Below are positions 1 through 8,405 of a stretch of 32,000 nt of DNA, piece after piece. The position numbers and the translations under genes were made by a program. The stretch covers positions 18,585-50,584 of the forward strand of contig JAVBRN010000005.1 of the NCBI GenBank assembly GCA_031547945.1, given 5' to 3'. The DNA is from Oscillospiraceae bacterium. Its GTDB lineage: Bacteria; Bacillota; Clostridia; Oscillospirales; Ruminococcaceae. The number at the start of each line of letters is the position of its first letter. The stretch's first letter is position 1. The notes beneath the pieces were generated by a model. It ran no database searches. It was not told where the DNA came from and was given only the letters and a program-made list of their open reading frames with translations.

Positions 1-1530
<1,530 letters not shown>

Positions 1531-1544
1531 TCAATTCCGTAAAA

Positions 1545-1575
1545 AACACGAGGCTGCCTGCGGCAGCCTCGTGTT
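1545..1575. terminator. perfect hairpin CACGAGGCTGCC-tgc-GGCAGCCTCGTG about 15 nt after the ppdK stop
   Basis: 12-bp perfect stem at 1547..1573. There is an A6 run on the 5' side but only GTGTT on the 3' side, so the proper U-tract lies on the minus strand. It is an inverted duplicate of the hairpin at 1877..1903. Confidence 0.6.
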
Positions 1576-1578
1576 CGC

Positions 1579-1866
1579 GTAAATCCTTATATGAACCGCT
1601 AGGAAAACAAAAGCACAAAGCGTTCGGGTCGTCGGCCTATGCAATTCCGCCTCAGCCACCCGATTGACGTGGGGCTTCGCCCCGCATCCCGGAGATGAAT
1701 GACAAGGTCGATGAACGGAAACCAGCGTAGAATCGGCAGTTCCTGCAGCCGAAGGCTTATTTCCTCCCATGGAGTTTGGGGACGACGCCCAATGGATTGG
1801 CAGAAGTGGGTATCTTTCGGCCGTTGGCTATTTTGTGCACTTTTCGCCGCCCGGGATTCTTTGACA
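1579..1866 (-). repeat. structured intergenic repeat, copy A. Strand is the one reading GCGAAAAGTGCACAAA ... TATAAGGA.
   Basis: Aligns block by block with copies B-E (GCACAAAGCGTTC, CAGCCACCCGATTGACGTGGGGCTTCGCCCC, GGAAACCAGCGTAG, GGGTATCTTTCGGCCG, TTTTGTGCACTTTTCGCC, TTCTTTGACA). The right-hand hairpin is partly decayed. Confidence 0.75.
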
Positions 1867-1871
1867 ACCCG

Positions 1872-1907
1872 AAAAACACGAGGCTGCCGCAGGCAGCCTC
1901 GTGTTTT
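1872..1907 (-). terminator. bidirectional Rho-independent terminator for the 1935..2849 gene
   Basis: CACGAGGCTGCC-gca-GGCAGCCTCGTG (1877..1903), flanked by A5 and T4. On the minus strand it is followed by TTTTTCGGG, about 30 nt after the stop at 1935. Confidence 0.7.
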
Positions 1908-1934
1908 ATAGCTATTTTTATAATAGACTGTGTT

Positions 1935-2849
1935 TTATGCTTGATTTCCAACCGACAGAAGCTGCAGATAATAAACACCGCCATCGTTTTTGATTGCAAA
2001 GCACAGCTCCTGCATGCCACAGTCAAAATCTTCCAGTTCGTCCTTCTCTTGATTGTAGAACGTTGCGAGGATGTGTGCGCGGACACGGACGCTTTCCGCT
2101 GTCTTTTCGACGATTTCCACCTTGCCCCCCTCTGGACAATATCCCTCTACACCGCCAATTGCTGACGGACCATAGACATCATACTCTTCCAAAAAGTACG
2201 GCGGATAATAACCCTGATTTTTTGGAATGTTGAATTCTGTAATGTCTATGCCAAACATTCTCATCCCGCGCAAATCCATCTCTTCCCGCGCGACACAGCT
2301 TCCGTCAATATTTTCCACATGGATTTTTTCCGAGAGGCTATAGCAAGACCACATAATGGATTCTTGCAAGTCCGGATCCGCATATATCGAACTTGGTTCA
2401 ATCGCGTAATAGCGTATATTCGAAAGGTCCTCGCCCGATGCGCGTAACAGGTCGCAGAATAGTACTAGCGCTTGGGCTTGGATATCTGCGTCCGGGATGT
2501 TGGCGGATGAATAATAATACTGTCCAACCAACGTCGCCGGCGGCAGCTCGCTCTCCGTACCCGAACCAATTTCAGGTCCCGTTTCCGATTCCGTGATTGG
2601 ACTCGGCACGCTGAACAGGCTGACGAGCACGATCGTAAGCACGGTAAAGACGGCGACCGCGCCCAAAACGATTGCGGTGATCGCGCCGCCGCTCAATCCT
2701 TTTTTTTGCACGGGTTGCTGATATGCCGGTTGCTGATAATTTGGCTGCTGGTAACCCGGCTGCTGATAACCCGGCTGCTGATAGCCCGGCTGTTGATAGC
2801 CCGGCTGTTGATTTTGTTGTCCTTGTGATGGATCGTTGTTATAATTCAA
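1935..2849 (-). CDS. hypothetical single-pass membrane protein with an N-terminal (QQPGY)n low-complexity repeat
   Basis: 304-aa ORF. The N-terminus is MNYNNDPSQGQQNQQPGYQQPGYQQPGYQQPGYQQPNYQQPAYQQP, followed by one hydrophobic helix (GGAITAIVLGAVAVFTVLTIVLVSLF) and a ~200-aa C-terminal domain. A terminator follows. I recognise no family. Confidence 0.7.
   Translation of the reverse strand: MNYNNDPSQGQQNQQPGYQQPGYQQPGYQQPGYQQPNYQQPAYQQPVQKKGLSGGAITAIVLGAVAVFTVLTIVLVSLFSVPSPITESETGPEIGSGTESELPPATLVGQYYYSSANIPDADIQAQALVLFCDLLRASGEDLSNIRYYAIEPSSIYADPDLQESIMWSCYSLSEKIHVENIDGSCVAREEMDLRGMRMFGIDITEFNIPKNQGYYPPYFLEEYDVYGPSAIGGVEGYCPEGGKVEIVEKTAESVRVRAHILATFYNQEKDELEDFDCGMQELCFAIKNDGGVYYLQLLSVGNQA
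2711..2815 (-). repeat. seven tandem 15-nt units (CCGGCTGCTGATARC-like) encoding the QQPGY repeats
   Basis: Read directly. Units start at 2711, 2726, 2741, 2756, 2771, 2786 and 2801, and the central units differ by only 1-2 nt. Confidence 0.8.
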
Positions 2850-3277
2850 ACTTACATCCTCCCAATCTTACATTTTCCGTCACATTGTAACGTATTTCAG
2901 CATATTTTGCAATAGTTCACCTTTTTTGATATGTCTGTGCAAACATTTTGTTGCTTCGATACGAGAATCTTATTCCTCGCGCCAACAAGTGCGCTTACCG
3001 GAAAGATCATAATAGGCACAGAAATCTGACGGCTCCCTGCGATCTTGTCTGCACATAAATCTAAAAATCGCGGCTGTTTTTCATCCTGAATTGGCTCAGT
3101 TCGCAGGTCTGCTCTCAAAAACGAGAGTGCGGCTACGTTTGAAATAGGTGCCCGAGGTCAAAAAACTTGATCGGTGACGCGTAATCAATACTTTTAGAGC
3201 CGTTATGGATGCCATTCCATAGACAGTAATGAATCTCGGATTGGTTTGATCTCTTACACACTTACCGCCAGACACAA

Positions 3278-3313
3278 CAGGAGCACAAAGGCTGACCGGC
3301 CCTTGTGCTCCTG
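3278..3313 (-). terminator. possible terminator hairpin after the ParB-like gene
   Basis: CAGGAGCACAAAGG-loop-CCTTGTGCTCCTG, about 50 nt beyond the stop at 3362. The tail on the minus strand is weak (TTGTGT). Confidence 0.4.
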
Positions 3314-3361
3314 CTGCTGTGTGTATGTTGGAAGAACGGCTATCGAGTGTTGGTGGCGCTG

Positions 3362-4192
3362 TCAGACAGCGCTGGTTTTGGGCTCGAGCTCCATATGGGT
3401 TCCGTTGTGGGATGGAATTTTCACGACATATTCCACCAGTCCGTCATAATCGTGTCGCTCGGTCGTCGCGTTGACGCCCGCCTGTTTCATAATCTCAATG
3501 GCTTTTTCAATGGTATTAAAGAAGATGCGCACATCTTTCACCGCCATGGTTCGCCTGGGCGTCTCGGCACTGTCCAGACCCAGCCGCTCCCGCAGCTGCC
3601 AGGCGCGTTCCTCAATGTCTCGCGCCGGGTTTTGCAACCCAAAGAACAGCTTGTCCCGTTCACTTTTTGGCAGCGTCAAAATTCGGTTTGCAGCTTCTTG
3701 CGTTACGCCGGCTGCGCGGCAGAGCTCGATGCGTTCGTCGCCCAGCGCCAGCAGTTTGATCTTGTTTTGGATTTCTTCCGGCGGAATGCCGATTTGATCG
3801 CTTAGGGAATCGTAATCATTAATTTTTAGCTTGTCTATCAGCCCTGCAAGCAACTTTGCTGTTTCAAAACAACTGGGCGGTTCCCGGTATATGTTCTCAC
3901 ATAGCTGTGTAAAGGGCGCCTGCCCAGCTGCGATTACAAATGCCGGCACATGTTTCAAGCCTAGTTGTATTGCCGCCTGCAACCGTCGTCGTCCAGAGAC
4001 CAGCGTGTACCACAATTCCAGTGGCTCTCTTGAGACAATAAGCGGTTGTACAATGCCTCCCGCGCGGATGCTCTCTGTGAGCTGTTGCTGCTTGTCCGCG
4101 TCGTTAACCGCCCAACAAGCGGCGCCTGGTGTCTTGATCATATTGGTCCGAATCATCAGTGCCCGCAGCTTCTTTTCGGTCGACCGAGCCAT
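3362..4192 (-). CDS. ParB/Noc/Spo0J-family protein (ParB N-terminal domain plus HTH), divergent CTP-binding motif
   Basis: ParB-type blocks are GIVQPLIV, LVSGRRRLQAA (in place of GERRxRAA) and ENIYREPP. The C-terminus (VKDVRIFFNTIEKAIEIMKQAGVNA...EYVVKIP) is typical of Firmicutes Noc/Spo0J. It sits next to rsmG, as noc does in Bacillus. I prefer the ATG at 4192 (GGAAAGG upstream) over the GTG at 4216. Confidence 0.8.
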   Translation of the reverse strand: MARSTEKKLRALMIRTNMIKTPGAACWAVNDADKQQQLTESIRAGGIVQPLIVSREPLELWYTLVSGRRRLQAAIQLGLKHVPAFVIAAGQAPFTQLCENIYREPPSCFETAKLLAGLIDKLKINDYDSLSDQIGIPPEEIQNKIKLLALGDERIELCRAAGVTQEAANRILTLPKSERDKLFFGLQNPARDIEERAWQLRERLGLDSAETPRRTMAVKDVRIFFNTIEKAIEIMKQAGVNATTERHDYDGLVEYVVKIPSHNGTHMELEPKTSAV

Positions 4193-4285
4193 ACAAAACC
4201 CCGCCTTTCCTATCACTACGATAGCATAGAGGCGGGGTGTTTACCAGTTAATTCGTTCCTCAAAAAACGGCGGTTTTCGCGCTCT

Positions 4286-4996
4286 TTAGCGCTTTTTCAG
4301 CGGAATTTTTAAGATATTTTTACTTATTCTGGGATAGTTTGGCGGTGTTTGCGATATCTTTTTAATTTTCACGACCGCACGCGTGATTTCGCCTGGCAGC
4401 GTAAACTTTTCAACAGCAGTCACGCTGCCCCCTAATATCGCAATCGCGTCGGCCGCTTCCCCGCGTTCCTGCTCCACCTCCGGTCCTTTCATCGCAAGCA
4501 GCATTCCGCCCACTTTCACGAGTGGCAGCGCATATTCGACCAGCGCGCCAAGCGGCGCGACGGCGCGCGCGACCGCGGTGTCAAACTGCTCGCGCATTGC
4601 GCCGCGCGCGAGTTCTTCCGCGCGGCCGTGCACGGTGCGCACGTCAATACCAAGCTGTTCACAGGCCTGTGCAATGAATCGCAGCTTTTTATCGGTCGCG
4701 TCAATGAGTGTTACTTGCAATGCGGGGCGCACAGTTTTCAACACAACACCCGGGAAACCCGCGCCGGTTCCGACATCAACGACACTGCCTATAAGCTCCG
4801 GCATGGCGCACAGCGTGAGGCAATCGAGCACATGTTTCACTTCGATCTCACGTGGCTCGGTAATCGCCGTAAGATTCAGATACCGATTCGTTTCCACGAC
4901 GCAGGCGCAGTAAGCATCTAATATTGAAGCCTGCGCATCCGTCAATTGAACCCCATATTCCTGCGCCTCTTGCAGCAACCGCGCCAGATTCAGCAT
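4286..4996 (-). CDS. rsmG: 16S rRNA (guanine527-N7)-methyltransferase RsmG (GidB)
   Basis: 236 aa with the SAM-binding motif VVDVGTGAGFPG, the expected length, and conserved synteny downstream of mnmG. Confidence 0.93.
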   Translation of the reverse strand: MLNLARLLQEAQEYGVQLTDAQASILDAYCACVVETNRYLNLTAITEPREIEVKHVLDCLTLCAMPELIGSVVDVGTGAGFPGVVLKTVRPALQVTLIDATDKKLRFIAQACEQLGIDVRTVHGRAEELARGAMREQFDTAVARAVAPLGALVEYALPLVKVGGMLLAMKGPEVEQERGEAADAIAILGGSVTAVEKFTLPGEITRAVVKIKKISQTPPNYPRISKNILKIPLKKR

Positions 4997-5050
4997 TTGT
5001 GTCTCCCTTTCCGTTCAACTGATTTCATCTCAATTTGCGTTTAGATCAGT

Positions 5051-5350
5051 GTGTCAAACAAGTCCTTAATAGAACGCAAAAACGATAAAATGCACATGGC
5101 GTTCCGTTCCTCGGCCGTTGCCATCCCGCCCCAGCCACCCGATTGACGTGGGGCTTCGCCCCACACGCCGAAGGTGAAATGGCAGGTCGACAAACAGAAA
5201 CCAGCGTAGTCAGGCAGTTCCCGCATCCGACGGCCTTTCTTTCCTTCAGCGGTTTGGGGCGAAGCCCCAATTGATTGGGCGGCAGGGATGGGTATCTTTC
5301 GGCCGCCGGAAATCTTTGTGCACGTTTTTGCGGCCTGGCGTTCTTTGACA
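5051..5350 (-). repeat. structured intergenic repeat, copy B (best-preserved; used as the reference)
   Basis: Termini GTGTCAAACAAG / TTCTTTGACA. There are two mutually reverse-complementary hairpins, GTGGGGC-ttc-GCCCCAC (5148..5164) and TGGGGC-gaa-GCCCCA (5254..5268). Nested outer pairings are TGCACA/TGTGCA, TTCCG/CGGAA, CGGCCG/CGGCCG and CCATCCC..GCC/GGC..GGGATGG. Confidence 0.8.
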
Positions 5351-5486
5351 GCCAGTTAAACAGCATTCTTTTCAACATGTCTTTTTTAGAATGTCAAAAA
5401 CTTTGCTGTGTGTGTCGGTCACCGCGGTATGCGCTATACCGTCTTTTCTCGACATTTTACTGCATGCCGTCCGTGCAACCCCGCGA

Positions 5487-7352
5487 TTATCGCCCGTTCT
5501 TCTTTAAAAAAACCGTCAATACTGCGATATCCGCCGGATTGACCCCGCTGATGCGCGCCGCCTGCCCCAGCGAAAGCGGTTTGACTTTATTGAGCTTGTC
5601 GCGCGCCTCGATGCGCAATCCCGTCACTGTAGCATAATCCAGCGCTGCCGGCAGCACAGCATCCTCCAGCCGGCGCTGCTTTTCCACCGCCGTTTGTTGT
5701 CGCCGGAGATAGCCGGCATATTTGATCTCAATTTCCGCGCGCTGTAAAATCCGCGTGGGGATTTCTGCCAGATTCGGATCAAACGGCACTAGATCCGTGT
5801 AACTGATGTTGGGACGCCGCAGCAGCGCAGCAATCGTCGCGCCGGAGGTCAGTGATGCGGTTCCTTTTTGCGCCAGCATCGTGTTCAGCCCGTCACTCGG
5901 CGCGAGCACTGTTTTTTCCATGTGCGCAATCTGTGTTTCGAGCTGTTCCTTATTTTGTAAGTATACGCTATATTTCTCATCATCTACCAATCCCAGCGCG
6001 CGGCCTTTTTCGCACAGCCGCAGGTCGGCGTTATCCTGCCGCAGCAGCAGCCGGTATTCACTGCGCGACGTCATCATGCGGTAGGGCTCATTTGTACCTT
6101 TGGTTGTGAGGTCGTCGATGAGTGTTCCAATATAGGAATCCTGGCGCGTCAGCACAAACGGCGCGCGCCCAAGCGCGCGATGCGCCGCGTTGACCCCCGC
6201 GACAAACCCCTGCGCTGCCGCCTCTTCATAGCCGCTTGTACCGTTGAACTGGCCGGCGCCAAACAGCCCAGAGATGCCTTTATATTCCAGCGTGGGCAAC
6301 AGCGTCTGCGGGTCACAGCAGTCATATTCAATCGCGTAGGCCGCGCGCATCAGCTCGATGTGTTCAAATCCCTCGATTGTGCGGTACATCTCCATCTGCA
6401 CATCGAGCGGCAGCGAGGAGCTCATGCCCTGCAGATACATCTCGTCGGTGTCAATGCCGCAGGGCTCCACAAAAATCTGGTGCCGCTCTTTGTCCGGGAA
6501 CCGCACGACTTTGTCCTCGATCGACGGGCAATAACGCGCCCCCGTCCCTTTGATGATACCACCATAGAGCGGCGATCGGTGTAGGTTTGCGCGGATGACC
6601 GCATGGGTACGCTCGTTTGTATGCGCGATATGACACACCACTTTGTTTTCGGGCGCAGGATTCATAAAACAATAGGGAATTGTATTTTCGTCGCCATACT
6701 GCACACCCAGTTTGGTGAAATCAATACTTCTGCGATGCGCGCGCGCCGGGGTTCCTGTTTTAAACCGGCGGATTGGCACACCGTGTTCCATCAAGTTTTT
6801 GGTCAGCGCGGTTGCGGCGCGAATCCCGTCCGGACCGGATGTGTATCCGGCGTCGCCGACATATATTTTCCCGCCAAGATAGGTGCCTGCCGCAACAATC
6901 ACATTCTCGGCACGGTAAGTCGCGCCTAGCAACGTCTGTACCCCCTGCACCGCACTATTTTCAACGATAACCGCGACAATTTCATCCTGTATGATATCCA
7001 AGCCTTGCTGTGCTTCGAGTGTGCGTTTCATATACGCGTGATAGGCGCGGCGGTCGCTCTGCGCACGCAAAGAATGTACAGCAGGTCCCTTCGCCAGATT
7101 CAGCATCCGGCTTTGCAGCGTTGTGGCGTCGGCGGCCTTACCGATCTCGCCGCCCAGCGCGTCCAATTCGAAGACAATATGTCCCTTTGCCGTGCCGCCG
7201 ATCGACGGATTGCACGGCAGGTTGCCAATCGCGTCTAACGACAGGGTAAACACCGCCGTTTTTGCACCCAGACGCGCCGCGGCCAGCGCGGCTTCGATAC
7301 CCGCGTGCCCCGCGCCGATGACAATTACCTGGTATCGCTGAAACAGTTCCAT
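5487..7352 (-). CDS. mnmG: tRNA uridine 5-carboxymethylaminomethyl modification enzyme MnmG (GidA)
   Basis: 621 aa with the N-terminal FAD fold VIVIGAGHAGIEAALAAARLG and full-length GidA-type sequence. Confidence 0.97.
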   Translation of the reverse strand: MELFQRYQVIVIGAGHAGIEAALAAARLGAKTAVFTLSLDAIGNLPCNPSIGGTAKGHIVFELDALGGEIGKAADATTLQSRMLNLAKGPAVHSLRAQSDRRAYHAYMKRTLEAQQGLDIIQDEIVAVIVENSAVQGVQTLLGATYRAENVIVAAGTYLGGKIYVGDAGYTSGPDGIRAATALTKNLMEHGVPIRRFKTGTPARAHRRSIDFTKLGVQYGDENTIPYCFMNPAPENKVVCHIAHTNERTHAVIRANLHRSPLYGGIIKGTGARYCPSIEDKVVRFPDKERHQIFVEPCGIDTDEMYLQGMSSSLPLDVQMEMYRTIEGFEHIELMRAAYAIEYDCCDPQTLLPTLEYKGISGLFGAGQFNGTSGYEEAAAQGFVAGVNAAHRALGRAPFVLTRQDSYIGTLIDDLTTKGTNEPYRMMTSRSEYRLLLRQDNADLRLCEKGRALGLVDDEKYSVYLQNKEQLETQIAHMEKTVLAPSDGLNTMLAQKGTASLTSGATIAALLRRPNISYTDLVPFDPNLAEIPTRILQRAEIEIKYAGYLRRQQTAVEKQRRLEDAVLPAALDYATVTGLRIEARDKLNKVKPLSLGQAARISGVNPADIAVLTVFLKKNGR

Positions 7353-7564
7353 TGGTTCTCCATTTAAATCTATTGTTTATACACAGGTGGAATTGTATAA
7401 GGCAATTTCCGTTGCCCTTTAAACAGTTTCGCCCAACCAAGTCGCCGCGCTATGCGTTTAGCAATTGCCCGAACATATTGCAATCCGCTTCGCAGCTCCT
7501 TCTTTTCCCGCGGCGCTTTGTTGGCTCGCTGGCTTTGCCCTAACGATAGTAGAGCAATAAAATC

Positions 7565-7790
7565 ATGCCGAATCGTTGCGGCCTTGTATTTCTTGATTTG
7601 GGTTTGGGGCGAAGCCCGAATAGCCGCCAGTGACGTGTCGCTAAACTGCTGGCAAGGTCAAAGACAAAGGGGGTTCCGGCAGGCGTAGCGCACGACGACG
7701 CGTGAGGCACAGGACTCCTGCAACGTAACACTTTGCAGGACAACGAAAATGCAGCAAGCGGCGGGTACCCATCCGGTTTATGGCGATCGC
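7565..7790 (-). repeat. degenerate, rearranged copy F of the structured repeat
   Basis: 7567..7617 (CCGAATCGTTGCGGCCTTGTATTTCTTGATTTGGGTTTGGGGCGAAGCCC) matches the CCGCATCCGACGGCCTTTCTTTCC..GGTTTGGGGCGAAGCCCC half of copy B. Downstream pieces (TGACGTG, GGCAAGGTCAAAGACAAAG, GGCGTAGCG, GCGGCGGGTACCCATCC) resemble other blocks but are out of order or locally inverted. Confidence 0.35.
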
Positions 7791-7868
7791 GACAAGGCGG
7801 GGACGCGCGCTTAACGGCTCTTTTCTTTACACGTTTCCTCACTTTGGTCTCTTGCGGCGCGTGCATTC

Positions 7869-8393
7869 TTATTTTATAAAATCCCGATACAGCAAACTGG
7901 GCTGTATTCCCGTATTGTCCTGGTATTTCCCACTATGATAGGGCAGAAAATCGCCCTCTATTGTGTGATAGTAGATCTGACAGATTTCTACAAACGGATA
8001 AATCCGCACCGGCTGGATACACTGGATTTCCAGTGTCCAAAACCCTGAAAACCCGATATCTCCAAATCCTGCGGTCACGTGGATATATAACCCTAGCCTG
8101 CCCACCGATGAGCGTCCTTCGAGCATCGGAACAAACTTGTCGGTTGCTGTTTTTTCCATCGTTCGGCCAAGGTAGAGCCTGCCCGGCTCGAGAACGAGGC
8201 CCTCTTTTGGAATTTGAATTGTTTTTGTGGCCGGTGGCTGTTTCATGTCCAAAACAGCATCTGTATACACAACCAGCTCGTTGTGCAGCTTTAGATTATA
8301 ACTGTTCGGATTGACCTGTTTCGTGTTATACGGTTCGATCTGAATGTTCCCGCGCACAACCTGCCGCTCAATTTCCAGCCCGGAAAGAATCAT
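7869..8393 (-). CDS. dcd: dCTP deaminase
   Basis: 174 aa with GRSSVGRLGLYIHVTAGFGDIGFSGFWTLEI, typical of the Dcd/dUTPase-fold family. Confidence 0.88.
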   Translation of the reverse strand: MILSGLEIERQVVRGNIQIEPYNTKQVNPNSYNLKLHNELVVYTDAVLDMKQPPATKTIQIPKEGLVLEPGRLYLGRTMEKTATDKFVPMLEGRSSVGRLGLYIHVTAGFGDIGFSGFWTLEIQCIQPVRIYPFVEICQIYYHTIEGDFLPYHSGKYQDNTGIQPSLLYRDFIK

Positions 8394-8405
8394 GCCATTT
8401 GCTCC

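Noticed and set aside
5046-5378. Longer ORFs spanning the repeats (5046..5378, 1531..1770, 24248..24775, 24375..24800, 25338..25955, 25505..25888, 28207..28845), which give similar Cys/Gly/Arg-rich peptides.
   Set aside because: The similarity comes from nucleotide conservation of the repeat. The frames differ between copies, there are no RBSs, and several run into or out of real genes.
5427-5443. Short hairpin CGGTAT-gcgct-ATACCG followed by TCTTTTC, downstream of mnmG.
   Set aside because: The stem is only 6 bp, and the T-rich tail is on the plus strand, opposite to the operon. That is too weak to call a terminator.
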